From positions 212,102,001 through 212,166,000 of the forward strand of contig CM097885.1 of NCBI GenBank assembly GCA_044892525.1: a stretch of 64,000 nt of DNA, in the 5' to 3' direction. Position numbers and translations under genes: made by a program. Positions 29,271 to 43,635 of this stretch are shown here, one piece after another. This stretch comes from Schmidtea polychroa. Taxonomy: Eukaryota. The stretch's first letter is position 1. The number at the start of each line of letters is the position of its first letter. Below the pieces are notes generated by a model. It was not told the origin of the DNA, made no database searches, and was given only the letters and a program-made list of their open reading frames with translations.

Positions 29271-29509
29271 AATGATACTGTATTATTCTAGTCCAAGTAA
29301 TGTGTTTATGTAATTTTTTTACTGTTTTTGAGGATTAAAATATAAAATACATTGTAAGCAACTTTAACATACTTATCATAAAATTATTGTTATTAAACAA
29401 ATGTTAAATCACAAAATTTCATTTACCAATTTATTTTGGTTAAATTTTTAATGAGCAACTTGTTTTAATAATTGAAACTAAATTTTATTTTTCGAGAACT
29501 GTACTTAAT

Positions 29510-32500
29510 ATGGCTAAATCTATTTCATATCAGGAATTACATAAAAAGGGGAAAACAATATTTGATTACGATGACAATTTAAAGTTATTTATAATAATTG
29601 TTAATTTTTTATTTTTTATTATGTAGATATATTGTAAGTGCTGGTGTAGATGAAGAAATCAAAGTTTGGTCAATATCAAAAAACGAAATTGTTATTAATT
29701 ATTCACTAAAAATTGGAGTAAATTGCATTGTTGTTGAGGTAGTCATTTTTTAAACTTTTCATCATTGTTACTTTAAAATTTTAGAATGAAAGAATATTTA
29801 TTAATTCCGGTAATCGTATTGAAATGCTTTCAATTGTTAATCAATCAACAAATAGCTATGTTTTTGTTAGTTTTACTAGCAACGTAAATGACATGAAATT
29901 AAATAAAACTAAAACAAAGCTAGTAGCATGTAGTGATGACTGCACTATTAAATTAATTAACTTGAATGGTGATGACCCAAAGCGCGAAATTTTATTTAAG
30001 GGTCACAATGGCCCAGTATGCAATGCGTCAATTAATTGTGACGATACTTATCTCGCGTCAGCTAGTTGCGATGGTTTATTAATGATATGGGATGCGAGAA
30101 CCGGGAACAAATTAAAATATTTGCCAATTGTTGAGAAATGTGCTGATATTTCTAACATGAAGAAATTATCTATATTGAAGTGGCATCCGATTAATTCAAA
30201 AGTAAATACGAATTTATTAATCATTGTTATAACAATGTTGCATAGGTGTTAGGGATAACAATGGGATGTGAGATAAAATTTGTTGAGGGTGATGATTTTG
30301 AATTAGCCAGCAGTGTATTGTGTAACGAAGGTGAATTAAATGATTTCGCATTTAATAATGAAGGAAATTTATTGATCGGAGGCACCCGAAATGGCTGGAT
30401 ATGTATTTGGGATATAGTCAAGAAGAATTTATTAACTAAGTTAGATTTGAGAAATTATAATTTTATCGGCTTAAATAACAAATTATGTTAAAACTTTCTT
30501 TAAATAATTAATAAATTGTGATTATTTTTACGGAAATTATTACGATTTAAAATTAAATCAATGATTTGATAAAACATTTTCAGGTGGCAAAATTCACGAA
30601 AATCGGCAATTGCTAATGTCACGTGGTCAGGGCCATCGAATATTATATTTTCCGATTTCAATGGCTGCTGGGAAATGTTTCAGGTGACACTTGATCAGCC
30701 AATCAAATCAACAGCCAATGATGATTTCGATAATTCCTCATTGACTATGGAGGAAATGAATGAAATATTTGATCTTTCCATAGAAAATGAAGAAGTGATC
30801 CCTCGGGATTGTGAAAAATTGCAGGAAAATACTGTTGATCCTAGTGATGAGCAGTCAACAACTGAAAACCAATCAGAATCGGTTCATAGTGACAGTTTTG
30901 AGTCTGATGAGGATAACGAAATCAGTTTGGCTGATCTGAAGGCGGAATACGAGAATCCCAATAAACCGGAAGAATTGCCACCACCAGTCGTGGTTAACAG
31001 GAGAAAAACCATCCAGAAATTGAGACAGCCCCATCCACCAATCAGATCAACACAATGTCCAAGAAATGGAAATAAACAGATTTTACTGTGGAATCCAATT
31101 GGAGCGTTGAAAAATAATTTTGACAGCGAAAACGATTACAATTGCTTCTTGGAGGTCGATTTCCAGGACCGGGAAGTGAATAGCAATTTGATATATCGGC
31201 ACAATGTCATGAGATATGAATTGGGTGATGTAAATCGGCAAGCATTGATGCTCATTTCCAAACAGTCGGATAACTGTTTACGGAGCGATGCCGACAGTGA
31301 CGACGAGGATGATGATGATGATGATGACGAGGACAGTCAGCCGGCAATGGTGCATGTGCGACCGCTCAATGGCTCCTCCTGGACCGAATGGAATATTCTG
31401 TTACCTTCTAGTCGAGAAAAGGTACTCGGGTGCTGCTTAGTTGGCCAGACTTACGCCGTTGTTATGAGTGATAAATTCCTACGATATTTCATGGTGAATG
31501 CCGGTGGCATACAAGCATATGTCGAGTCGGTTCATGGCAGTCCAGTAGCGATAGCGTCATCGTCGAGCTATTTGCTCAGTCAGTCGGCAGGGGATAAATT
31601 CATCCGGGTTGTTATAGTGACCGATGATGGTAAGCAGCTGGTGTGGCGTATCGATCTATTCAAAGTGACCGACAAACCGGTCCAATGGTTCAACAAAGGC
31701 AAAATGCATGCGGTCGTTGCCACATCACCATGGTACTCATTGCCTTTATCTGGATCGGCGACATTGAAATGGATTGGGTAAATAATCAGCATTCAGTACA
31801 TTTAATCTCAATCGATTCAGATTTTCCGACTCTGGCGCGCTGTTCACTGTGGATTCCAAACAATCGGTTCGAAGGCTTCATCTGGAATTTGACGAGAACA
31901 GAAAAAGGTTTTCTGAGCCCCGATGGATACCTGTGCTCAATTTGAGGTCGGCACTTGCGAAAGATTGCCGTTTCATCGATCGATATTTCCCCATTGGAGT
32001 TATGGACCGGGGTGAGCGGTGTTGCTTCCTTGCTGTCCATTGCCGGGATTCCCGTTATCCCACTGTCACTCCTTGGCAGAATTTATCAATGATTGATTTC
32101 CGACTGCCGATTTGTGGACCCACGAAATCCGAGCTCATCCAAAACGAGGTAAATCTCACTGATGGTTACGGCAAATGATATCACTGCTTAGAACGGACTC
32201 CTAGTCAATCAATTACTCACAAATTGGACCGACGGTACCAGTTTCAGTTTGCTGGAGTTGACCGAGAAACAATTGCTGTTAAAATTGTTTGCGGTAAGTT
32301 TTTATTTGTTACAACTGTTTATTATTCACATCCCTGTTTGCCATTGGTCGATATTATTAATATTATTTTTACTATTATTAATTATATTATATTAATAATA
32401 TTTTTACTTTTTGAATTAAAGGAGAAAATATTTTTCAATAGAATTTAAAATTACTGAAAAGTTTCGAAAAGTTTTCTTTGTATTTTTAATAGAAATATTT

Positions 32501-35500
32501 TATCTTTTTTTTAAAAAAATTACAAATTTCACACATTTAATAAAAATTTAATGGTTTCATACTGTCTTTATTATTATTTTAATTTTTTCATTATTAATGT
32601 TATTTTAATTATTATTATTTTTTTATAATTATTAATTTTTATTTAAAAAATACATTTAAAATTAACATTATTTTATTATATATTTATTATTATTTTATTA
32701 TATAATTTATTTATTATAATTATTATTCTATAATTAAAATAAAAATTATATCAATTTTTAATAATATAATAATTATGAAATAGAATTAATTATATCTAAA
32801 ATAATCGATGTTCAACTGTCTTTATTTTTAATTTTTTTATTATTAATGTTATTTTAATTATTAATTTATTAATTTTTATTTAAAAAAATACATTAAAATT
32901 AACATTATTTTATTATAATATTAATTACTATTTTATTATATAATTTATTTATAATTCTATAATTAAAATAAAAATTTTTAATATTTATTATTTTTCATAA
33001 TTATATTATTTTTATTATTTTAAAATTAAATTCTTTTAATATATTAATTTTTGTATTAAAATTATTTTTTATAATTATATTTATTATTTTTAATAATATA
33101 ATTATTATGAAATAAAACAATTAAATATATCTAAAAAATCGATATTCAACTGTCTTTCAACNNNNNNNNNNNNNNNNNNNNNNNNNNNNNNNNNNNNNNN
33201 NNNNNNNNNNNNNNNNNNNNNNNNNNNNNNNNNNNNNNNNNNNNNNNNNNNNNNNNNNNNNNNNNNNNNNNNNNNNNNNNNNNNNNNNNNNNNNNNNNNN
33301 NNNNNNNNNNNNNNNNNNNNNNNNNNNNNNNNNNATATAATTTATTTATTCTATAATTAAAATAAAAATTATAAATTTTTAATATTTATTATTTTTACTA
33401 TTTTAAAATTAAATTCTTTTTTTAATATTAATTTTTGTATTAAAATTATTTTTTATAATTATATTTATTATTTTTAATAATATAATCATTTTAAAATTGA
33501 ACAATTAAATATATCTAAAAAATCGATGTTCAAATGTCTTTATACTCTTTCAATCTGTCTTTATTATTATTTTTAATTTTATTATTAATGTTATTTCAAT
33601 TATTATTAATATTTTATTATAATTATTTATTTTTATTTAAAAAAATACATTAAAATTAACATTATTTTATTATAATATTTATTACTATTTTATTATATAA
33701 TTTATATATAAAATAAAAATTATAAATTTTTAATATTTATTATTTTTTATAATTATATTATTTTAAAAATAAATTTTTATGACAATTTTTTATTATATTG
33801 TATAATTAGAATGAAAATTAAATTATTTTCTTAATATATTAATTTTTTTATTAAATAATTTTTTATAATTATATTTATTATTTTTAATAATATAATCATT
33901 ATGAAATAGAACAATTAAATATACCTAAAATAATCAATGTTCATCCAGAACTTGAATAAAGGTATGGTATAAATGTATGGTGTATGCCCTTATAACTCCA
34001 TAATAATTGATCTTATGTGATCTATCCTCGTTTACACATAATGGGATCCATTACATAATCCAAATGCGATTACGCAACACACATTATACAATATGTTGAT
34101 ATATTGCTTGCTCTAATGACATTCGGTGTCAAACAGTCGAAACTGGTAATTTACCCCTATAAACTATTGCTATCAGTTATTATTCATTATATCCCTGCCG
34201 CATGATGATAATCCGCATGAAGGAAAGCAATACATTTCATCCAATGGTTCTCAGGATTTTAATACATCCAAACTACTTCTTTCTTTGACTGAAATATCCC
34301 AATTCTTAATCATCTTTTCAAGTTTGGGAACAGAAAAGTTACATTGAACGATGTTGTTGCCTCTGTGTGCTGGTGTGTTGTCGCGGTGAACAAAATTCCA
34401 TTTTTCTTCGTCGGATATAATCTTTTTGCTTTGAGTTCATTTTTTAAACGATCTAGTACTCACCTATAATTGTTCTATCTTTTTCACCCCAGAAAGCAGT
34501 AGCAATCATTTTTATAATCGATTGTTTTTTGGTCGTTGCTCCGAATTGTTTTTGACTGTTTGTTAATGAACTTGTTAATGAAATCACTTTTTTCATAAAT
34601 AAGACTTAATAAATGATGTTAAAACACGTTGAGCGTTGAGATGTTTGTAATCATGGCTTATTCACGGATCTTCACTTGTGTTAGTTTCGAATTTCATTGT
34701 GGTTATCTTTTGTGAATACCGGAGTAATTGCTTCCTTTGGATGACCACTAGTAAATTCATATAATCAATAAATAGCAAATCGTTTATGATTAGGAGACTT
34801 TTGTAAGATTTTGCTTCTTATTTTATACCTATGACGTCACCACTTGCCGAAACCAAGGACTTATCAAACCGCTTAGTGTATTCATTATGAAAATTATGTC
34901 ATTCCGATCACACAAAACAATATAAAAATTCTTTAAATAATAACGTACTCATTTATCTTATATTAATAATATAATTTATTTTATAATATTTATTCTACTG
35001 ACAAATTATAAGCAAAAATTATTTTTTTGATTAGTTCTACTTTTTCACTTTGTATATAAAATAACGATTGATTAGTTAATATCATACAATTGTTGCACAA
35101 ATTAAAAAGAAATCCCTTGTCTTTTCCCTATAAACGAAATATTGATCTTACCCATTCGCTTGTATCGCAATTGACTGTTTGGGATTCCATACAAATTACG
35201 CGCTGTATAATTTTAGAATGAATAAGCACAACAATTTGGTATTTTTCACATATTTAGAATGCTGTTGACGAAGATCAAGACGGTCGGGCATTATCCATAG
35301 GGAAATTGATGCCAGATTCACAAGTTGTCCAATTGGCGATCAGATACGCTGCCAGGAATAATAAACAATATCTAGCAGAGAAAATGTGTGAATTAGCTAT
35401 AGAAAAGGATAAGGAGATGTCCAATACCGATGAGTTGCTACAATTCAATAACTATTCAGCTGGTCGAGGCGATATAGAAAATATCGAACCGGCGAGTCCA

Positions 35501-35635
35501 AAAGGAGTTGATCCTTCCGCAAATGCTACAAATCCTTCAATAGTGAATTCTCCACGTCAAATATCCACAGTCAAAACCAAAAGGAAATCTGAACACCCGA
35601 TTGAAGGTACATTGGAAAAGATTATGAAAAAATAG
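29510..35635 (+). CDS. WDHD1: WDHD1/AND-1/Ctf4. Exons 29510-29583, 29627-29738, 29785-30201, 30246-30438, 30584-31777, 31821-32148, 32192-32293, 35258-35635
   Basis: GT-AG introns give a continuous frame. WD40 motifs (FTSNVN, FKGHNGPV, LASASCDG), SepB-like WIGFSDSG and LLKLFA..QLAIRYAAR..LAEKMCELAIEK match AND-1. Confidence 0.92.
32500..33945. repeat. Extremely AT-rich tandem/satellite-like repeat in WDHD1 intron 7, spanning assembly gap 33162-33334
   Basis: Several imperfect copies of a unit of a few hundred bp containing GAT(G/A)TTCAACTGTCTTT and AAAAAATACATT(T)AAAATTAACATT. Confidence 0.8.
34200..34760 (-). pseudogene. Tc1/mariner transposase relic
   Basis: SGHPK (SGRP-like), FVHRDNTPAH (QDNAPAH-like) and NPENHW, with stops and frameshifts. 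Confidence 0.5.
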
Positions 35636-35849
35636 AAACTTATTGATTTTTATGTGTTTCACAAATTGCATTTACTAAATATTTTTCAATATATTCTTGT
35701 TTTGTCTTTAAATCGAGCGAAGTTCTCATTAAAGCATTATTTTGCGTTCAATCAATTTGTAAGCAACATTTTACCTCATCGAGCTCTTTCTAGCGTAACT
35801 CAGAATACAAAAAATTGTCTCCTACTCTTGACGCCCGTTGAGCGATCAA

Positions 35850-38800
35850 TGTTGGTACTGTATCAAGAGAATGAGTACTTGCAAAAAGTGAACGCACTAT
35901 AATTGTCGGGCACTCTTTGGGTTCACGGATTATCGATAGAAGATGTGTGTCCGATTTGCTCCGGTTCCTTAATTCAATGATTTTTCCGCGCTCCTTAACT
36001 CACTCGCTAACTCATCAAACTAACATGCAACATACCAGTAAGAAGACACGACAGTTTTATTGATGTTATTATATCAACACCTTATATTTCGCTAGATGAT
36101 TTGGGTTGCGACGAAATCCATTCGACCGGGCGCTCCTGGTCGGGCATTCGGAGTCGCTTCAAACGCCCTCTTCAATCTCGACATAGCCTCTTGCGCTTCG
36201 ACTTGCCTGGCTTAGCTGCACAGTTTTCTGTCAGCTCCGTCGACATTGGACGAACGGTTGCAGTAACATGTTCGTCGATGGCTCTCTGGTTTAGTTGCGT
36301 TTCCATTATGCGAATTTGTATTTCCAGCGCGTGGATTTCGGTTTTGTCCTGCGCGCTTTGAAGCTGCAAGAGCTCGATTTGTTTCATAAGTTAATTCATT
36401 TCTTCGTTGTTAAACTAGGTGCGTTCCATTTCTCTGCACCGTCCCTTGAACTTATTGATACTTGCCCCTAGGCTTGTTGCTGGGCTTGTTCCCTGTCCTT
36501 TCTCAGAGTTTGAATACTAAAAATTAAAAAATATAGTTAGATACATATCTCATCCTTCTCTCCTGCTCGAGAGTACTATCAATCCGAATATCATATGGAT
36601 ACATGTCTAATATTAAGCATACAGGCCTATCCCGTACTGTCACTGTGACACTACTAAGTATTCGAAAATAGTTTTAAATTAAAGATCTAGAATAATTTCA
36701 TTTATTAATACTAAATATAGCACCAAGGCTAAAAGATAAATCTACTGCAAAAAAAAATGATCACAATATAAATAAATTGTTTGCGGTTATCAAAAGTAGT
36801 GATCACAGGATCACTTTCTGATTCCAGGGGCGGCTTTCCGGGGCCTCCCTCGTTTCTTAGGGGAATCGGCTTCCTCAATGGGCCTACGAGCTTTAACCGC
36901 GCGAATTTGGGCCTCAATCAACCGGAGTTTGTATTGGACACTCGCAACCTCCATCACGGCCTTTGAGCTTCCACTAGCCAATTGTTATCAGGTTCCTGTT
37001 TAACCCATGCCGGGGCGTCAGGTTCCAATCCGCTTCGAATAATGGGTCCAAAATTGTCCAGGTCTTGGCTCCGATTCCACTCGTGGATTTTGTGTCAGAT
37101 ATACATTGTTCTGAGCCGAGTGATTGTTTCGGCGTTTTGGTCTTCCTCACTGCAATCACTGTGTTGTAAAATTTCTAAAATTACATAATTCAAATCTAAT
37201 TTTAGAAAATCCAATTCCCGTAGTTACTCATTCAAGAAAGTGCTAATTCTTAATTTTAATGCTTTACTCGTATATTTACTTACTTTGTTTAAATTAAGGA
37301 GAAATCCCCGTCATATCGTTAAGATTTAACAAGTCATAAACAGTACTCGATATCCTTAGTGGGATCCGGTGGTCGGGAGATGCCTATTGTCACATTTAAC
37401 TCCTCGTCAATACCGCGGACAAAAATTGATAATTGGGCAATATCGAATATATCAGTTGAATCGTCTAGAAATATAAAATATTATTGAAAACGCTCTATCT
37501 GGTCGATCAATTGTGTTTCGATATTTTGCGCAAATTCATCAATTCTGCTTGCGACAGTAAATCTTGACAAACTTATGTTACTGAACAGATTTTTCTTTTC
37601 TGAACAAATTATTCCAACGGCCGTTTCGATGCACTCTTACAACATTGCCATCTGAAAAACATATACTATATGCATTTTGAAATATTTGTTGAATATAATC
37701 AACACTCTTATTATTCATATGGGAGGTGAATTTCACTTTTACGAAACGAGGAACCATAGGTACGAGGTTTCATTAAGATTCTTACGCTAGTTGGAGAAAA
37801 TTACTTAATTATTATTTCCTGAAGTTGGGAAGTAGTAATTCTATTTAGCCAATTTTCTTCCAATTCTGTACTATTATATGATAGATCATTTAGAAAAACT
37901 TTTCGAATTTAAAATTTTGATTCCGAAATGTATATACACAACAGGATTCTTAGTACGATTTGAAGTACTCTACAAATTTTAAATATAACCGACTACATTT
38001 TTGTTAGTAAATTTAAGAACTGTGATCAGTTTGATTCTGGAGCTTTCCTCCGTTTATTGAGTCCTAGTGAGATGTAAGGATGTGAGTTTTAATGTTGATT
38101 TTATTATGTGAATTATTCATGAAATAAGTAGTCATTTACTAAAAATTGCTTGCTTTCGTGGCCATACTGTGCTCACAACAACAAGCCCTAGTGTTATGTA
38201 AGTCGATAATATACTATCGATATATAAATACTGCGATAACTAGTTTCGAGAACTCCGACGAACCTAGTGGTGTGTACCAACAGGTCGGTACGACTTCCGA
38301 CGACCCCAATAGCACTTAAACGGTCAGTACTGAAACAGTCGGGACTGATTTTACAGGACTGAATCGGTGGGACTGAATAGTCACGGACTGTAAATATACA
38401 ATGACAATCAACAAAGAACTCCTTACTGTTAATATCGGATTCAATAACACTGGATAAAGTTTTTGGCATAAAGTGATTGATTTTATGATGAAAATGTGGC
38501 GGTATATATACCTATTTTGTGTGTGCGAGTACGTGTGTATGCATTGATACAGTAAAACAAACTTGAATTCTTTTTAATTCTAAAACATTCTATTTTTGAT
38601 TTTTAATGATTTTAATGGCAATTTTTTGTGCCATAATTTTTGTTTTTTTTAAAAATTTTATTTTTGAATTGTTTTTCGTTAAATCTGCCTCCATAATGGA
38701 TTTGGGCATTTTCAGAACATTCCAATTTATTTATTTATTATCTAATTTATTTTAATTTTTATTTTAGAATCGTTTTTTATGAATTTTTTTTGTTTTTTTG

Positions 38801-39163
38801 GATTTTTATTTTTTAAACTTAATTATTTATTTTTGTTAACTTTTATTTTTATGGATTGTTCTGGGGTTTTGTCTAGAAATTTCTTCTATTTTAGGTTTTT
38901 TATAGTTTTTTCCACTTTATTCGAGTTGGTTTTTGTACTTTTGGGTTTTACTGTTGTGTTTGAGTCGATTTTCATGTGATACTTCTTGCATTTGTTTTGT
39001 TTTATTTCTTAATTTAAATGTTTTTATTTTCTGTTTTTTTCTTCTTAATTATTATTGTTTATTTGATGTTGCATATTTTTATTTGACTGTGTGTGTTATG
39101 TACCACCACATTTCATCACTTTATTCAAGATTTGGGTCTAGAATTCAGTTCTAGCCCAACACA
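35850..39163 (-). mobile_element. Probable decayed solo LTR of a sister giant element (3.3 kb) carrying degraded mini-genes
   Basis: Minus strand begins TGTGTTGGGCT (main LTR: TGTTGGGCT) and ends CCAACA. Flanks ATCAA/ATCAT. Same layout as the main LTR: A-rich block, TATA (38503-38510), acceptor-led GC-richer ORF relics, AATAAA (36056-36061) plus GT-rich tail. Confidence 0.55.
37380..37660 (-). pseudogene. hAT (Buster/SPIN-like) transposase fragment
   Basis: NISLSRFTVASRIDE..FLDDSTDIFDIAQLSIFVRGIDEELNV. Confidence 0.75.
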
Positions 39164-41703
39164 ATCATCGATTTGATTATCCAATAGGAATACAGTATTC
39201 AATTTTGCACAAATATTCCATCTTTAGAGGGATATTTAATGTTGTTAAGATCAGAAATGATACTAGTGATTTCAACATTTGTTGTGTTAATGTATAATAT
39301 TTAAACTATTTATTTCAAAGGATTTAATCGATTAGGGTGTCCTTAACAAACTTTAATACAAGCATAATTCGTTTTCAAAAGCAATATTTGAATATAATTT
39401 AGCATTTAAGAATTAAAGTAATTTTAACGTTTAGTCCAGTGCTTCTAATCTGGGGTCCTAATTCCGAGTTGGGGCAATTTCGAAATTAATGGATTTTTAA
39501 AATTTGATAAACCATAATTTTTCTCAAGTATATACGTCGTATTTTATATATATTATAATAGAATATAGTTCTTACCAAGATCTTTAAGCAAAATTGAAAT
39601 TTTTAAGTGAGGGCTTGTAAAATCATTTGTTAATTAATTCAAAGACTGGGGCAATTTGACTTTTAAACTATTATTTGATACATAGACCATAGCATGATTA
39701 GATGCACTGGCTTAGTCCAAGTTCTGCAAAGATGCACAAAATAAATAAAAAAATAAAAATAGATCACAATTGATTGTAAGCTAAAAATATGTTCAAAAAA
39801 TGTTATTAGTTAAATTAGTTTGAGTTGAAAAAAATAATTTGAAATTATGGGATCCAGAACGTTAAAAGATTACCCAAGGAAACCTATCAATCAATAAGAA
39901 AATCTTGGAGTTGCCATTTTGTTTAGTTTCGTTTATCAATTAAAATTGCCCCCATAGTTGATTACCAGTCTTATGATGATTAATGGCAACCAGTCTATAT
40001 AACAGGAACAGTAAGCATGGAAATTTGTCTTTTCGTCAAATCAAAAAGAGCGCGTAGTAGAGACAAAATTAAAACTAAACTCAGTAACAAAATATCTTAT
40101 GAGTCTTAGACATATTGAAACCCATTGGAAATTTTCACAAGTATAACAAAATCATTGTAAATGCCACGTGATTAATGGGTTGGAGAACAAGATGACCTAT
40201 TTAGGCTTCCATCGCACATAACATTATTTCTAATCACTTGGTTTTTTTGCAAGTCAACGTCATAACGGGTGACTGTCAACAAAAGCTGAAATTCGCTTTA
40301 GAAACTGCTAATGCGTAATGAGTTCACAGACTGCCGTAAGAAGGTATACACGATGAGCCAGATTGAGACATAATTTCACTTTCTCTTAGGGAATGTGACA
40401 GTGCTCTGAGGTATTGTCAGTCTGAATGTCAGCAAGAAATAGGCGTCATTATATGAGTGACTCTAACTACATCTCAGAAGAATGGAGGCGATTGTAAATA
40501 ATAATATATAATCAATATTATAAATAAAAGAAAATGCAGAATTAATTTTTTTTGATTTTAGCAATACAAATGAAATATTTTGATATCATGGAGATAAAAT
40601 AATATAAATAATATCAAAATACAAAAATATTTGTCCAAAACAAATAAACAAATATTTACTTAAATGAAAGAAGAACATTCCTTATAATTGATCAAATTCA
40701 AATATTCTACCGTATCAATGGCGGAGAAGTGCAAAGACAACAAGAAATCGAAGAAAATTTCAAGATATAATAACAAACATCAATGGCAAACATAAACAAA
40801 TACTTACGGAGCGCTGAGCAGCATGTGTAAACATTTCTCGACTATTTATTCACAATCTCAACAAAACAATCATCAACCATATCAAAAGGACAATGCAAAT
40901 TAATATTTTGATTCTCTTAATGATTTCATTGATTTATATTATTAATGGATCAATGATTCAGGATCCGATTGATTCCCGATCAAATGATAATGTAATATTA
41001 TTATTGAATAGATTCTCATGTGAGCTCATTTCTATCTAGATAATTGATGCTGGTGATGGGTTAATGAGTTCCCCTCATTACGAGACAATGATAACATTGA
41101 AGGACGGAACGGGACATGGAAACGACGACGTGAGTTGTATTGAAATATTGAATAATTGTTAACAAAAGAATATTTAGACGGAGATCCATAAACGAAGAAG
41201 TAGAATGAGTAGAAAAGGAAAGCCAAACAAATGGAGTAGATTTATGAACAAAATAAACAAACATAAGTCGAAATTCAGATCAAATGGGAAAATGAATAAA
41301 GTGAAGGGCTTATTAGAGGGCGTATTGAGAAACGTTGCCCAACCCCTAATGGCAACCCGTTCACATTATAGAAATGAGGCAATAGGTGTTCCAATATCAG
41401 ATAGTGTTCGTTATGTTGTAGAGCAATGAAAATGTTTGGTGAAATAAATACATTACAATTATTTTCCTCTCTATGTTATCTTACGTTGATGTTGTCCTCA
41501 TTCATCCGAATATTATAATTATTATTATATTTGTATTTTTTTTGAATAATTCGAGTAAATTTTTTTTTATTTTAGGAGCTGACATATCTTTTAATAAAAA
41601 TCAGTCACGGTTGTTCTCAATTTTATAATTTTCAGTTTATGGGTGATATGAATTATTTATATTATGATGATACTCGAGTATATTTTTGAAATATGTATTT
41701 GAA

Positions 41704-41959
41704 CAGAGCCGTTGCTAGGGAAAAGCTAGGGCGAGATTGAAATTTGGCGCACCTGGTGCCAAAAGAATCCACCACTTCCATTAATTATGTACTTACAGGA
41801 ATGGAATTGAACTTGAAGAGTCAAATTAAGAAAAAAAATTTAATATGAAAAAAAGAAAGAAAAGCAAAAAAAATTTAAATGATCATTTCACAGTTTTGGC
41901 ACCCTTCGACTCGGCGCCCGGGGCGGTTGTCCCATTTGCCACCCCTAGCTACGGCTCTG
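41704..41959. mobile_element. hAT-type MITE (256 bp)
   Basis: 17-bp TIRs CAGAGCCGTTGCTAGGG / CCCTAGCTACGGCTCTG (1 mismatch). 8-bp TSD TATTTGAA/TCTTTGAA. Confidence 0.85.
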
Positions 41960-43310
41960 TCTTTGAACGTATGTTATTTGGATATTGCTGTGTAGCAGTT
42001 TGACAATTGAATAAACCTTTTGTTAGTAGTGATGAAAATACAGAGTTGTTGTATATTGACATCAACAACCTGTATGGATGGGCTTTATCACAAAAGCTTC
42101 GTGATGGTGGTTTTGAATGGGTGACTGATGACACTGCTTTAGAGAGATTGTTAATTGAGTGGACTCGGCAGATTTAAATCAACTGGATTATGGCTATACT
42201 ATAGAAGTAGATTTAAAAATACAGAAATCTCTCCATGACAAACTAGATGATTTTCCGGTAGCTCCTGGTAAGATGTGACCACCTTTTTCTAAAGTGGAGA
42301 AGTTACTATTTACACACGATCCGAAAACACACTATGTTCTCCATTGGCGACTTCAAATCTTTCTTCAGTTAGATATTGTTGTTACTAGGGTACATAGGGC
42401 TATTAAGTATACACAAAGCACTGTCTTCAATAAATACATAGATACCAACACACAACTACGAGCCACATCCACAACACCGCTCGATAAAGACTATTACAAG
42501 TTGCTCAATAACAGTTTGTATGGAAAAACGGTTGAGAACTTGAAAAAACGTATCAACTTACGACTGTACTACACAAAAACTTATCACATATGCCTCAAAA
42601 CTGGCATTTAGGAAATCTACTAGGACAGACGATGATATGATTTCGGTTTTGCCTAGGAAAGAGTCTGTATGTTTAGATAGGCCCAGCTACATTAGGGCAA
42701 ACTGTACTTGATCTTTCAAAACTGAGAATGTATCAGTTGCAGTATAATGAATTGCAAAAATATCGCGATGACTTTAACTGTCAGATTAATATAGTAGCTA
42801 GTGATACAAACTCTTTCCTTTTGGAAATTAAACATTGCAGTCTTAACATTCTCTTACCTGCCATGATTCGTGACTCCTTGCTTGACACATTTAATTATAA
42901 CCCACAACATCCTTTATATAGTATAGCAATAGATTCCGTCATTGGAAAATTCAAAGACGAGAATAAAGGATGGAGATATAAGGAGTGTGTGTTTCTTTGT
43001 CCAAGTGTTACGGGAAACTCTTGAAGCAAAATCTGTCACGTTGAAAGATACTGGCTTAAATCACAATTCTTATCGTGATTGTTATTTTAACAATAAGTTT
43101 TACTCTGTGCCACAATTCCGCATTGCATCCAAAAATCATCAATTGCATAGCATTAAAAACGTTAAGAGGGCGCTGACAAATAGAGATGACAAGCGGTATT
43201 GGAAATCGAAAAACAAGAGTTTGGCATATGGGAATAATCGGGTAGGGAACACTTTTACATATGATGATGACGACAATTTTGATGATCAATATGGACAAGA
43301 TTACTGATGC
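41960..43310 (+). pseudogene. Protein-primed family B DNA polymerase relic (Polinton/Maverick-like)
   Basis: YIDINNLYGWALSQ, YYKLLNNSLYGKTVEN, ASDTNS (YxDTDS-like), IGKFKDE, DDKRYW; many frameshifts. Confidence 0.88.
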
Positions 43311-43455
43311 AACATCATTTTGGTAATAATTATTATTATTATTAGTCGTCAATGAAACCAAGATTTTTATAAAACAAAGCAATCCAACACCAATGCAATC
43401 GAGATTTGTAAAAAAAAGACAATGTAAAATTGTGAAAACGAAATTTGTAATTTGA

Positions 43456-43635
43456 NNNNNNNNNNNNNNNNNNNNNNNNNNNNNNNNNNNNNNNNNNNNN
43501 NNNNNNNNNNNNNNNNNNNNNNNNNNNNNNNNNNNNNNNNNNNNNNNNNNNNNNNNNNNNNNNNNNNNNNNNNNNNNNNNNNNNNNNNNNNNNNNNNNNN
43601 NNNNNNNNNNNNNNNNNNNNNNNNNNNNNNNNNNN
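43456..43635. other. Assembly gap (N run)
   Basis: 180 N; the other gap is 33162-33334. Confidence 1.
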
